Counted from the first letter of the whole stretch, positions 1-13,389 are shown. The stretch is DNA of 63,772 nucleotides, filler included, from Welwitschia mirabilis (GCA_051453625.1; 10 parts of one record of this genome joined end to end with filler, not necessarily neighbours in it); one strand, 5' to 3'. The notes: generated by a model not told the origin, from the sequence alone. Made by a program: numbers and translations.

Positions 1-1559
1 ATCTTGAATGAAGTGGTACTTCACGTCAATATGCTTTGTTCGAGCATGAAATGCAGCATTCCTAGCCAAGTGAACAGTACTTTGGCTATCACAATAAATA
101 GAGTACTTGTTTTGAGAAAGGCCAAACCACTCAAGCATGCGTCTCAACCAAACCTTCTCCTTGGTTGTCTCGATCAAAGTAATTTATTCAGCTTCTATAA
201 TGGACAAAGCTACATCACTCTGAAGACATGACATCCAACTAACAGCTCCACCTCCATGTGTAAATACATAACCTGCAGTAGATTTCCTAGTATCTCCACA
301 ACCTGCAAAATTTGCATCAGAGTAACTAACAACTTTCAAGCTAGAACCACTAAAGCACAAAGAATGATCCTTAGTGCCTTTCAAGTATCACAAAATCCAC
401 TTGATTACTTCCCAGTGTGTCCTTCTAGGATTACATATTTTCTTGGAAACAACTCCCGCTACCCGAGCAAGATCTAGCCTACTGTAGACCATGGCATACA
501 TGAGGCTACCAACTACAGAATTGTAAGGAATATCAACCATACCTCTCTTGTCCGAACTAGAAATAGGGCAATCTTCTTTTGACAGTTTAGAGTTTCCTAC
601 TAATGGAATAGAAGCGGGAGAACAATCAGCCATCTTGAACGTCTTTAAGACCTTACAAATATAATCAGACTGACTCAGCAACAATTTCCTATTTTTCCTG
701 CCTCGTTCAAAACTCATTCCAAGGACTTGTTTTGCCTGCCCAAGGTTTTTTGTCGCAAACTTCTTTGCCATCTCTGATTTCAATCTTTGTTCATATAAAT
801 CATTCCCAGCAAACAACATATCATCTACATATAGTAACATAATGGCAATCTTACCAGTGGTTCTCATTAGGTAAACACAGTGATCTACTTTCCATCTTTC
901 ATATTCTTGCACCATCATGAAGGTATCAAATTTCTTGTACCATTGCTTGGCTGCTTGTTTTAGGCCATATGAATCTTATCAACCTGCATACCAAGTTCTT
1001 GCCATTCCCAAAACCTTTTAGCTATTCCATATAAATTTCTTCTTGCAAATCACCATACAAGAATGCAGTTTTGATATCCAGTTCCAATTCTAAATCCATG
1101 CAAGCTACCATAGCTAAAATGATATGAATGGAAGTATGTTTAACAACAGGAGAGAAAATTTCATTGAAATCAATACCTTTCTGTTGTGCAAAACCCTTCA
1201 CTACTATTCTAGCCCTGTAACATTTTGCTCCATTGGTTTTTTGTTTCAACCTATAAATCCACCTGTTTTTCAATGCCCTTTTCCAGGTTGCAAGGGCATT
1301 ACCTCCCAAGTATGGTTCCGCTCAAAGGACTTCATTTCCTCATTCATAGCCTCCATCCATTTACTAGCATCAGGGCTGCAAATGGCTTCCTGATACGACT
1401 CTGTTTCTCCTGCATTTGTGTAAAGAATATAATTCAATGATAGAGAATACCTTGTAGGTGGTCTAATGAGCCTGAGAGAACGCCTAACCCAATAATCTGA
1501 TGTTTGAAGGTTCTCTACATTCTATTCGGGTCAGGTCTAGTTTCAGGAACATTCTCATG
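1..1559 (-). mobile_element. Ty1/copia family A, copy A1: degenerate RT and RNase H
   Basis: Minus-strand ORFs contain KARIVVKGFAQQKGIDFNEIFSPVVKH, LLYVDDML, YNSVVGSLMYAM, YSDANFAG...RKSTAGYVF and KHIDVKYHF; frameshifts and stops present. Confidence 0.95.
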
Positions 1560-4500
1560 NNNNNNNNNNNNNNNNNNNNNNNNNNNNNNNNNNNNNNNNN
1601 NNNNNNNNNNNNNNNNNNNNNNNNNNNNNNNNNNNNNNNNNNNNNNNNNNNNNNNNNNNATTCTCAAAACCCTCTGGCTGTTCCAGATAAATTTCCTCTT
1701 ATACATCACCATGCAAGAACACAATTTTGATATCCGGTTGTTTCAATTCTAAATCCATGCAAGGTACCATAGCTAAAATGGCCCGAATGGAGGTATGTTG
1801 AACAACAGGAGAAATTTTTTTATTGAAATCAATACCCTTCTTCTGTGCAAAACCCTTCACTACCATTTTGGCCTTGTAATGTTTTACTCCATTAGTTTTT
1901 TGTTGCAACCTATAGATCCATCTGTTTTTCAAAGCCCTTTTCCTAGGTAGTAAGGGCATCAGCTTTCAAGTATGGTTCCACTTAAAGGATTCCATTTCCT
2001 TATTCATAGCCTCCATCCATTTACTAGCATTAGGACTGCAATGGCTTTCTGATATGACTCTGGTTCTTCTGCATCTGTATACAAAAATAATTCAATGACG
2101 GAGAATACCTGGCAGGTGGTCTGATGGGCTTGGTAGAATGCTTAACCCAATGATCTGGTGTTTGAAAGTTCTCTACATTCTGTTCAGGTTGAGGTCCATT
2201 TTTAGGAACATTCTCATGTTGTGCTTCTTCCTCTTTCCTCTTCCTCCTATGAGAAGCTACATTGAGAATCATCTTTAGTCATACGATAAGTTCTAAACTG
2301 ATTTGGAATACTGACAGGCTTCAGAAGGGTGTCGAGATCAGATATTTTCTCATTCTGAATCCTTTCCTGTGATTTAAAATACATTATATCTTCATTAAAA
2401 ACCACATCACGTGATCTAAATACCTTCTTTTCCATAGGATCCAACAGCATGTAACCACAATCATCACCATCGTAACCCAAAAACATGCATTTTTTAGCCT
2501 TTTCTCCAAGCTTTGAAGCACTTTGTTGATGACCATAGGCTTCACATCCAATCATCCTAAGGTGAGAATAAGAAACAGAACTCCCACTCCATCGGCATTC
2601 TAGTACTTGCCCATCAAATCATTATGTGGACACCTGTTCAACAAATATGCAATGGTACTTGCAACTTCAACCCAAAACTACTTGGGCAAACCAAAAAGTG
2701 TGAGAACAACTCACTCTTTCCAAAACAGTCCTATTTTGCCTTTAAGCAACTCCATTTTATTGTGGCCTTCTAGGCACCATTCTATGATGAATAATTCCAG
2801 GTTCATTGCAAAAATTCTCAAACTCCTAGGAAGTAAGCTCACCTCCATTATCTGTCATTAATTCTTGAATTTTACAGCCAGTTCCAATCTCAACTTTGGC
2901 CTTAAAAATTCTAAATGCCTGAAAAGCTTCATCTTTTGATTTTAAAGGATACAGCCATAACTTTCAAGAAAAATCATCAGCAAAAGTAACGACATATACA
3001 GCACCGCCGAGTGAGGTGTGTACAATGGGGCCAACCAAATCAAAATGAATTAGTTCTACTCTATGTTGTTTTAAGCACTTACTGTTTCTTCTAAAATTCA
3101 CTTTCCTACTTTTACCAATCACACACTCTGAACAGAAATCAAAAGAGAGAGAAACTTTAGGATATAAACCTTTAGAAATAAGTAACTGTAGACCTGCTTC
3201 ACTCAGATGCCAAGTACCTCCTATAACTTTTTTACTGCCCACACAAGCTAAACTAACAGGATTAACAAAACATAAAACATACATAGTAACTTCTCTGCTC
3301 CCACAAACAATCACTAATGCCCCTTTGCTGATTTTCCAAGAACTGCTATCAAACGTGGTTGTAAAACCACCCTTACTAAGCTAACCAGCTAAGACCAGAT
3401 TCTTTGCCAAACCTGGAACATGTCTAACATTGGTCAAAGTGATGATCTGGTCATTCTGCCTCCTTATGACAACTGTTCCTTTTCCTTTGATCTCGATCAT
3501 CTCCCAACCAAATGCATGAACCATCTGTGACAGGTTCATAAAAAGAAAAGAATGCTTTACTTAGGCAAACATGAAATGAGGCGCCAGTATTAATTATCCA
3601 AACCTCTGGAACCGAGTATGCAAAGACATTAACATCTGCTCCCTGTGTTAACAAAGCAATGTCAGCTTCGCTATCCAAAGGTGGCGCAGAACTGGAAGCA
3701 ACCTTGTTCTTTTCATCCCTCTTCTTACATTTTTCTGTAAACTTCCAACAATCTCTTATCATATGTTCTTTCTTCTTGCAGTAATGGCAGGCAATGTCCT
3801 TGCCTTGGGATCTAGTTGTGCTCTTGTTTCTTCCATGTCCTTCCCTAGATTGCAAACGTCCTCTATGTACTGCCAAAGCTTCTCCTTGTTTCTCGCTTCT
3901 AGATGAACCAAATGCATTCTGCTTTTTTATATCTAACAACACTGCAATAAGTTCTTCAAATGTCAAATTATTCTTACCAGCAGGCATTAGAATCGGAGTT
4001 ACAATGATCGAATACCTTTGAGGCAATGAAAACAGAATAGTGATAATGTACATCTCCTCTGTAAATGTGATCCCAAGATCATCAATTTGCGAAAATATGT
4101 TTTGCATCTCATCCACATGACTCAAAATTTTGCTCCTTCATTCATCTTTGTAGATAAAGCTTGTNNNNNNNNNNCTAGGGACCATATACCTATGTATCAT
4201 AGATGGTTGATTGTACCGTACTTTCAACTTTTGCTAGAGTTCCTGCGTAGTCAGAACTCTTGAATGAGCCTTCAAAATGCTATTGCTGAGACGAGGAATA
4301 ATGAGAGATAAGGCACTTGAATATATCTCGTCCCATTTGGCATCTGGCATAAAGGCCAACCAAGCACTATCATCCATCTTCAGATGTGCCTTTGCTTATG
4401 CTTTCGTCTTTAGAGCAATTTTACATCCCTTTTGCTGCAGAATGTCTTCCATCGAGATTTCCCAAACACCCAAATTTTTTGGGCCCAAAAGTCTATCTGT

Positions 4501-4586
4501 TATTTGCCCCATTTTAAACCCTAGCACTTTGATCTCTTCACGAAGGACCTCGAAAAGAGATTCAAATGAAAAGTACTTCGAACCTT

Positions 4587-4598
4587 GCTCTGATACCA
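4587..4598 (-). promoter_or_regulatory. Primer binding site (tRNA-iMet) of copy A2
   Basis: Reverse complement reads TGGTATCAGAGC, 2 nt from the LTR CA end. Confidence 0.93.
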
Positions 4599-4600
4599 CT

Positions 4601-4899
4601 TGTTTCACATTTAACAGTAAGAATATAGTAAAACAAAATGGAACAGCAAGCAAACAAAAGCAACAACATAGAACTTATGTTATTCGAGCTCTTTTTACCC
4701 TACGTCCACGAGAAGCACTGCAAAGCTCTATTGATTGATTAGGGCCAAATGTGTCCAGATACAACAAACAACCCTCTAACAAGTTTATATAGCCTTAGGG
4801 GTAGGGTTATAAACTAATCCCCTTTTACAACTTTAAATAGGGTCAATGTTAAAACATAACATTCAACAGAAATAGCATATTTGGTTTCACATATCAACA
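4601..4899 (-). repeat. 5' LTR of family A (~300 bp)
   Basis: Minus strand TGTTGATATGTGAAACCAAA...AAACA; homologous to 7298-7601, 14464-14734, 34325-34600 and 40993-41293. Confidence 0.9.
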
Positions 4900-5546
4900 A
4901 TTTCTAGCATATCACCATACACTTTATATTAAAAACATGTCAGAAATAGAGCATATCACCATAAATTGTATGTTATCCATGCCACACTAAAACATAATGT
5001 GATTACAAGTTACTGAAAAACAGTTCATTAGAAAACTATCAACATGATTAGAATATGTTGAATCTTATAGTGATTATTTCCAAAACGTTGAAATGGAAAG
5101 TGTTCAATACAAAATTACAAATATTTGACAAACCTTTGAAACCCTCAGTTTTGTTCTTTTTTGCTTAAAAGACTAATGTTTCCTTTAAAAAGAAAGTGGT
5201 TGTCACTATTAACAAAACTCGAGGCTTTAGAAAACTTGTTTGAGATCCTTTGATCTTCAATAGAAATCCAATTTAAATGAGTTCCAAGCAATTCTTCAAG
5301 TGCTACTATCCATTGTAGTATTGAACACGTGAAAATGAGTAGCTTTTCATGCTGTTATTGGTTGTTTTTCACACAAGGGATCCACAATTGTCCAAAGCCC
5401 TCTAGATCACTCCAAATCATGATTTAGTGGATCGCTATTTTCACCTCTAAAGCACGATTTCCAAAAAACCATGATTCAAGAATGATCCAGAGTGCTTTTT
5501 TCTGGAGTGCAATCCAGATCATGCCAAATTGTGCTTAACATCTATG
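4900..5546 (-). mobile_element. Terminal part of a non-autonomous hAT-family element
   Basis: Minus strand begins CATAGATGTT, similar to the CATA(G/C)TTGCA termini at 12475 and 38924. GATC-rich subterminal region with patchy similarity to 8440-8640. Confidence 0.55.
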
Positions 5547-5563
5547 ATATAAATTGGATGTTG

Positions 5564-5565
<2 letters not shown>

Positions 5566-5606
<41 letters not shown>
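5566..5606 (+). repeat. (TC)n microsatellite, ~20 units
   Basis: Directly visible TCTCTC run. Confidence 0.97.
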
Positions 5607-5610
<4 letters not shown>

Positions 5611-5779
5611 CCCTTGTAGAATAGAGTGTCAAACTTCATTTTTTAAAAATGACTTTTAGAAAAGGTGGCTTTGAAGTTATACCAAAAGCAAATATACCAT
5701 TGAAAGCAAGAGTCAAACACTTCGTTTTGCATATGTAACTGAGTTTTGACTCTTATTAACTCTTTTAAAACTAATATAT

Positions 5780-6697
5780 TGTTGGGTATGTGCTCCACAT
5801 GCCCAACCCGACAAGGGTTCCAATTTCGACTTAAGTCATGGCTTGTGATGTGATGGTGAAGGGCCCAACAATTGATATCAGGGCCATGGTTGTTGGCTGG
5901 TCTCGGGTTCGAGTCTCCTGAATGGCTCCCAGTTCATGTGAGCACTTAACATGTGGATCGAGGGGGAGATTGTTGGGTATGCACTCCACATGCCCAGCCC
6001 GACATGTGGGTAAATATAAAGGGTTCCAATTTTCACCTNNNNNNNNNNNNNNNNNNNNNNNNNNNNNNNNNNNNNNNNNNNNNNNNNNNNNNNNNNNNNN
6101 NNNNNNNNNNNNNNNNNNNNNNNNNNNNNNNNNNNNNNNNNNNNNNNNNNNNNNNNNNNNNNNNNNNNNNNNNNNNNNNNNNNNNNNNNNNNNNNNNNNN
6201 NNNNNNNNNNNNNNNNNNNNNNNNNNNNNNNNNNNNNNNNNNNNNNNNNNNNNNNNNNNNNNNNNNNNNNNNNNNNNNNNNNNNNNNNNNNNNNNNNNNN
6301 NNNNNNNNNNNNNNNNNNNNNNNNNNNNNNNNNNNNNNNNNNNNNNNNNNNNNNNNNNNNNNNNNNNNNNNNNNNNNNNNNNNNNNNNNNNNNNNNNNNN
6401 NNNNNNNNNNNNNNNNNNNNNNNNNNNNNNNNNNNNNNNNNNNNNNNNNNNNNNNNNNNNNNNNNNNNNNNNNNNNNNNNNNNNNNNNNNNNNNNNNNNN
6501 NNNNNNNNNNNNNNNNNNNNNNNNNNNNNNNNNNNNNNNNNNNNNNNNNNNNNNNNNNNNNNNNNNNNNNNNNNNNNNNNNNNNNNNNNNNNNNTAGGTA
6601 TGCGCTCCACATGCCCAGCCCGACATGTGGGTAAATATAAAGGGTTCCAATTTTCACCTAAGTCATGGCTTGTGGTGTGAAGGTAAAGGGCCCAACA
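5780..6697 (+). mobile_element. TRIM (terminal-repeat retrotransposon in miniature), probably a tandem array
   Basis: ~106-bp TG...CA repeats at 5780-5870, 5971-6038(gap) and (gap)6595-6697. A 100-bp internal region carries a PBS-like TGATATCAGGGCC and PPT GAGGGGGAGAT. TSD TATAT at 5775-5779 and 6698-6702. Confidence 0.9.
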
Positions 6698-7297
6698 TAT
6701 ATGTCAACTCACTTATACATAATCTTATGCACTAGGCATTTATTCCTCTTGGCATACACATTATGTAATTAGGTTTTAGCATTCTTGAAATACGTATATA
6801 TGGTTTATGTATTTTGTTATTAGTATGTTTATTAATTAAATTCATGATTTCATCAAAAATTCTCATATAACACTTCATTGCCTAGATAGTCTATGTCTAA
6901 TGGTGATCTACTAATCATATGAATTTCATTTCCGTACCACTAAAATGTGTAACATTCCTTTTTGCAATTAACAACAAAATATATCAATAAAACATGAATA
7001 TTATGATTTTTGTCATTTTTTTGGTTTACTCTTTTTTGCTCTCTTTGACTCTCTTACACAAACAAGTCAAAATCGAGCAAGTTGGCAACCAAACAGAACA
7101 CTCACAAGCCATAAGTCAAATTTTACCTTTGTGAGCGAGTGCCACAAGCTATGCTACTATATGCTAGGTTGGGAATTAAACATTTCATAAATACAGGGAG
7201 CGCTCTATCACATCAGTCACAACACCAATCACTACAAACTGAGTCACCTAGAATCACATGTGTCATACTAAAAATCATGAGCAATGGGCGTGGACAA

Positions 7298-7643
7298 TGT
7301 TACAGATCCTAACAAGAAGAAAATACTTCAACAAAATGGAATAGCAGGCACACGAGACAAACAACCCAAATTTACATGGTTTGATCTCTTTTTACCCTAC
7401 AACCATGAGGAGTAATGCAGAGCTCTACTGATTGATTAGGAGCAAAAAATGTGTCCAGATACAACAAACAACTCTCTAACAAGTTTATATAGATCTAGGG
7501 TTAGGGTTACAAGTCAATCCCCTTTTACAACTTTAAATAGGGATTAATGTTAAAACATGGCATTATAATATAAATAATATATTTGGCTTCACATATCAAC
7601 ACTCTCCCACTTGAAGACAAATTTCTCATGCCTTCAAGATTAG
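7298..7643 (-). repeat. 3' LTR of family A with PPT (rest of the element lost at the contig end)
   Basis: LTR 7298-7601 homologous to 4601-4899, preceded on the minus strand by PPT TTGTCTTCAAGTGGGAGAG. Confidence 0.88.
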
Positions 7644-7743
7644 NNNNNNNNNNNNNNNNNNNNNNNNNNNNNNNNNNNNNNNNNNNNTTAATTAATTAAN
7701 NNNNNNNNNNNNNNNNNNNNNNNNNNNNNNNNNNNNNNNNNNN
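7644..7743. other. Artificial contig linker N44-TTAATTAATTAA-N44 (first of nine)
   Basis: The same 12-mer, with stops in all frames, is centred in 100-bp gaps at 7688, 15840, 26566, 30386, 52592, 56135, 59012, 60741 and 62478. Confidence 0.97.
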
Positions 7744-8377
7744 TTGCACAGATTCCCCCGCCTGCTTTCCTTTTATAAAGTCATTTTAGTGTTTCAACCC
7801 TTTATAAAACCTTGACATTGACTCAATTCCCAACCCACATAAGTTCATAAAAATAACTTTTAAAAGCAATTAAAAGTTACATAATAATACGAGGAAGATT
7901 TGGCTTCACTTTTCTAATATTCTCCCACTTGAAGACAAATCTAATCAATCTTTAAATAAACAAAACCGGAATCAACACACAACAGAATGTTGCACAGCAA
8001 CATTAGCATCCAACGTAGGCCCTTCAATGCTAATAATAGCAGACAAAAAACAGCAAACATGCAAAATACCCAATAGGGATGCACACCACATTTTGAGGAA
8101 TATCCCTAGACAAAAACATCCAACCAAGACTAGGCTGCCTCCTCACCACCAAAGCCTCTCCTACAGATGAACCATCAATATTGGCTAAATGATGAAGACC
8201 TTCAGCCAAAACAATATCGACCATCTCTTTGAAGTTCAACATAACCAGAGCACCACTACTCAATGCCACCACAAGACCATTCCATGATTTAAGCAACAAA
8301 CTTAGAAAAGCAATTGTCTTGTTTTCATCAAAGGTTTTCACCTGTACTGCATTGACCTGTGAAATGACAAGTAGGAT

Positions 8378-11300
8378 GGCGCTCTAGCTTGAACAGCTCT
8401 CGATCCGTCCTAGGTAACAATTCCTAATGAATTGCAATCCGAAGTTTCCAAGTTGTGATCCAGAGTGGATTGCATGGATCGCAATCCAAAGCAGATCATT
8501 TCAAGCGGAAAAAACAAATAGTAAGCCTTCCAACACAATAGAGCACTCACATGGCATGTCCCAAGCTCATAAACATTAGATTCTTTGGATTGAATCAAGT
8601 TTTCAAAGTTTTGAAAGTTCAAACAAAGTTCTTGGAGGTATCAAAAAGGTTGGGTTTACTTTTTCCTCTTTTTTATAAAGTCAGAGTTTTTCAATACACT
8701 CTAGGATTCAAAATGAATTATGGACACATCAAGGATTACATGAAATGTCATCGAGTAGATGGTTAATTCAATTGCAAACCTTGTGCTTTGCAGGTTAATC
8801 ACAGTGTTTCAATACATTTTCATATAGATGTGTGTCTGCATCCATGCCAATGTTGTCCTTTTCCATTTGAATGACGACATAAACTTGGGATAGCCCAAGA
8901 TTAGTTTACACAACCAAGTAGGCTTCAAATTTGAAGGTAAAGACATCAAAAATTGTAAGAAGAGGATGGAAATACGATACAACACAGAGAATGTGGCCAT
9001 CAAAGTTTGTATAAGAAATGCACAAATAAAATTGTTCAGTATAAGGCGCAGCGAACTTCAACTCTTGAAAGAAGCAATGTTCATGGGATAGCTTTTGTAT
9101 TGGAAATAGTGGACTAACTGTGTGTTCGAACAAAATAATCTAATGTCTATATGTTCAGCAGATTTGTATCATGTTGATTGTCATAATGTATCGTTTTCTA
9201 CCATAATAAGGTAATAGTGTATTATTTTCAGAAATCAAAATTTCAATAAATGTAATAATGTGTTTTTAAATAAATCTAATAATGTAATTTCTAATAATGT
9301 ACTGTTATTTTTTAATTTTTTATTTTTCCTAATTTTAACTTTGTTTCATGTTTTCTAATCATTATTAATTCTTCATTGTTTGCACTTTTTTATGCAGTTT
9401 CCAGGGTTCTATTGAATGCTATCAAAGTTAAAAGTCGAAACTTTGAAATGGTGGAAGAAAGATGGAGAAGACACTTTTGTTCGACTGGGGCAGCTCCTAT
9501 ATCGCAACCAAAACTTGGAATTTGCGTATTTTGTAGGAAAGAGTGACATGATCAAGTTTCCTGACTAATCAAAAGCACCATTAAAAGTAAAAGAAGAATG
9601 TCAAACATAGTGACGAAAAGTGGAACCAAAAGTTGAAGCAAAAAAGACTAGAATCAAACAATCATTTGAAGAATTTGTTGCTTCTATAGGAATTGGTGTG
9701 CAATCATGTTCTGAGGGTTATTCGAATTATGCTAGAACAGGCAACTCTTCTACTCTGCAATCTATAGCCAAACCCCTTTTTAATGTGTCCAAGGATCAAC
9801 TGTGTTTCCAACATTCACAACATCGGGTAGTTAGCCCAACATTGATGTAATGGAAGTATGAAATAAAAATGTCCATGAAGGTGCAAGAAGGATGGTTGCA
9901 TCCTGGTTCTATGCTTGTGCAAATCCTTTCAATGCTATAAGGAGTCCATTATACCAAAGAATGTTTCATGCAGTCATAACAATAGGTGCAAGTTTCAAAG
10001 CATCTACATACAACCAATTGCAATGACCACTTCTTAATAACTACGTAAGTGACATGACAAACTACTTGCAAAGCTTAACAACAAATAAGTTTATATCAAA
10101 TTGATTTTTTCAAATTTTTAAGGTTTGCGAAATGTTTTATACCTTAAATTTTTATTAGATTCATTCATTTAAGTATTTTAATGAATTAGTTGAATCTTCT
10201 AGCATACGTGGAAGAACTTCAAATGTGTTATTGTGGCCAATGGATGGACATAATCTCTAGGGGAAACACACTAATTAATTTTTGTGTAGCCTCGAGGAAG
10301 GGAACATTGTTCATCAAATATGTGGATGCCTTCGATCATGTCAAAAGATCAAATTATTTACGTAAATTATTTGAGGAGACGATGAACTTTGGTGGGGCAA
10401 ATAATGTTGTGCAATTCATTACAGATAATGCCTCCAGCTATGTTAAGGTAGGGGAAGAGTTGACGAAGTAATATCCAACAATTTATTGGACACATTGTGT
10501 TGCTCACTATCTCGAGCAACACAAGGTATTATACTATTATTGATTTATTTTTTAGTTAATGAATGTCTTGTTACTCTTGCATTCTTCTCTCATACTTTGT
10601 TAATAATTAGTTTAGTACATTATGTATATGGAGTTAATAATTAGTTTAGTACATTATGTATATGGAGGATTGTTTTGTAAATTTATTATTTTTGTAGGCC
10701 TTTAATGGAGCAAAAGAAATTGCCATTTTTTTAGAAACTTATTATTTTAAGTCTTATGAGGGAATGCACTAACGAGAAAGATCTCGTGAGGCATACAAGA
10801 ACTCACTTTGCCACACACTTCCTCACATTGAAAAGCTTAAAGAGTAAACATCTACAACTTAAGCAAGCCCTTGCCTTTGGTAACTAGCTACATGAAGAAG
10901 AGTTTCTCCAACATTGTCCTTCTTGTAATGTGAGAGAGGTTAGTGAGCTGGTTTACAACACCACATTTTGGAGGAAAGTAGCAAAGCCTGTGAGTTGAGC
11001 CTCTTGTCCCTATGCTCTGCATTGTTGATGGGCATAATTGTTCAATGGGAAAAAAATATATAAGGCAATGACCACAACTAAGGAGACAATTGCAAATTTT
11101 TACAATAATGACAAGGGCAAGCACAATTTAATTTGGGAGCCTATTCATTAAAGATGGAACAATCAGCTCCACAAACACTTCCATCCAGCAGCAACCAACT
11201 TAGCCCTACATTCGTTTATGCAAAAGAAGGTATTGAACATGAAGCAAATCTAAAAGTTTAGTTGGGCTTCCATGACACATTGGAAAAGTTAGCTCCTAAG

Positions 11301-12475
11301 ATGGATGAGCAAGAGCTTATAGTCAGACAATTGCACCAATTTGTAAAAGGGAAAGGACCCTTTCTTAGTAAGCCTCTTGCTCATAGACAAATCGACACAG
11401 TATCTGCAAGTAATAGCATATTAAATTTGCATTTTTGCATAGTTAGATTTTTCCTCGTTTTTATCATTTTTTTAATCAATTTGTTTTCATTTTCTAATTT
11501 TGTAGATGCATGGTGGGAGGAATAGGGCAATTCCTCTCTTGAGCTTAGGCAATTCGCAATCAAAATATTCATCTAGCCTTGTAGTACTTCTCAGTGTGAA
11601 TAAAATTCACAAAATTGGAGTACCTTTGAGCACATTTGTGCAGAGAAGCGAACAAGGCTAACCATCCAACAATTATATAAACCTGTCTATGAATACTTGA
11701 ATATGCAAATCACGTTCTGAGTTTCTACTCCCACACAAAATGACATTGACTTGGATGCTCTTGTAGACATGCTTGAGAACGATCAAAAAGTTTTGACAAT
11801 CATGGAGCGAATTTTAGATTCACCAAAAGCAACTAAAGTTGATCCCGACCATTCCACTAGTAGTAGTTTGTTGAACCCTAGTTGCTATCTAGAGTGGCCG
11901 CCTTGAGCCAAATATGAATCTTCCTCATATTGAGTTTCATTAGAAACCATAAAGCAAGAATAAGCAATTGTAGCACAAGAAAAAAGGCTTATTCAAAAGG
12001 TCAAGCTTCAACCCTCGAGAGGGAAAGCATCCACATGAAAACGATTTAGCAATGATCAAAATTTGTCGTGCATTATTTGCATTTTTTTTCTTTTTTCTTA
12101 AAGGGGGGTGTATATTAATCATGTACTTAAGAACTTGGAACATTGTCTTGACTCTTTTGAAATGATGACTGATAGTTTGCAACTTTGCAGTTTTGAACTT
12201 GTATTAGTGTTCTATAGCATTGATATTATTGAAGCTTATATGCTTTCTTTTCAAATAAATCATAACATTGAAAATTGGAATCATACTTCTAGTTTTACAA
12301 GTTATTGTCATCACGATTGTAAGGATGTCTGAAAAAATATTAAAATTTGTTTATTTTGACTTTTTTAGTATTCGCCATCCAAAGTAATCCATAATCGACT
12401 ATGTAGCAATCCGATGGTCCAAAATCTCCAAAGCCAAACTATGATACATGATCCACTCCGATCTATGCAAGTATG
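8378..12475 (+). mobile_element. hAT DNA transposon (DUF659-type) with pseudogenised transposase
   Basis: Motifs WFYACANPFNA, LINFCV...LFIKYVDA, NVVQFITDNASSY, IYWTHCVAH, TRTHFATHF, WWEE*G...ELRQFAIKI...NWSTFEHI. Right terminus ...TGCAAGTATG at 12475; left end not resolved. Confidence 0.88.
9400..11900 (+). pseudogene. hAT transposase pseudogene (DUF659 and C-terminal dimerisation domain) with introns
   Basis: Coding blocks separated by AT-rich GT-AG introns at 10526-10697 and 11410-11505, plus a probable intron at ~10080-10202; many stops and frameshifts. Confidence 0.82.
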
Positions 12476-13389
12476 CTTTTATCTGCTTTAGATTTTATAT
12501 GATGCAATTTCCAATGGAGAAAAACCCAATTTGTAATAGTTTTCACCTAGCAGAGATTCTCCAACTTCTTCCCCAAGTCACGCATAGTCTTTTCATCCGA
12601 GACGCATGCAACAACTAAATTATCCTAAACACATTGGCTGACAATCAAAGCTTTCTGTCCAACCTGGCCCATTCATCTGAACACATAAAACCTAGTTTAT
12701 AAGAGGATCCCTACATGGACAGCATCAAAACTCGCTTATACAAAAGGTATTCTACGATCAACTTCCAACACTCATAGTTCCTGTCATCGAATCTGTCCAC
12801 CAAAACAATGTTCCTTTTCATGTTGCATGCAGCTCCCACTCATATAGGAACCATGAGCTTGCAAATCAAAAATGTACTTCAAAACAAGCTGCTAAGAATA
12901 ACACACCAGACTTCAATCACTTCACTTGCTCACTACACTGGTTCCAACTAGATGTCTTCCTAGGATTCACTCCACTTGCCAATGCATGGGACCATTGACA
13001 GACTCCTACAAGAAAACCCTCATGCTTCAATCTACAACCAAGAGCCCTGATACCACTTGTTAGGAAATAGCAAGCAAAAATAGCGAAGAAAACTATAAGC
13101 AAATTTAATGAGGTTCAAAACCTCAAACCATGTAGAGCTCTTTATTTGAATAACCAAAAGTCTCTCGTACATCTTCCCCAAGCCATGGTTCTCTATTATA
13201 GGCTCACTTTAGCGTTTCAACCCTACAAGAAACCTTAACATTAACTCTACTCCCAACCCACACAAGCGACATAAAAATAACTTCTATAACTTTATGAGGG
13301 TAAAGACCCTTTAAGCGTATAAAGACCCCTTAAGCCAATAAAAAGAACAAGATAAAAGGGGAAAGATTTGGCTTCACTTATCTAATAAT

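Larger units (their letters stand above)
1660..4899 (-). mobile_element. Ty1/copia family A, copy A2: 5' LTR, PBS, gag, protease, integrase and RT start (pseudogenised)
   Basis: Zn-knuckle CHYCKKKEHMIRDC, protease WIINTGAS, integrase ELIHFDLVGP and KKCMFLGY, RT start RWIYRLQ...VVKGFAQ. Domain order PR-INT-RT is copia-type. Confidence 0.95.
7744..13387 (-). mobile_element. Gag-only non-autonomous copia derivative (TR-GAG-like) interrupted by a hAT element
   Basis: LTR 13058-13387, PBS TGGTATCAGGGC 13044-13055, gag N-terminus (DRFDDRNYECWKL...KKLENL) ~12476-12850, gag continuation (KTIAFLSLLLKSWNGLVVAL...GEALVV) ~8130-8377, PPT ~7920-7938, homologous partial LTR 7744-7919. No pol sequence. Confidence 0.78.

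Noticed and set aside
5831..6680. Long ORFs here and at 21554-22530, 35373-36101, 37611-38379 and 56987-58270
   Set aside because: Their length comes from translating N runs.
7688..7699. TTAATTAATTAA as a biological repeat or piggyBac site
   Set aside because: Always centred in a 100-bp N spacer, so it is an assembly linker.
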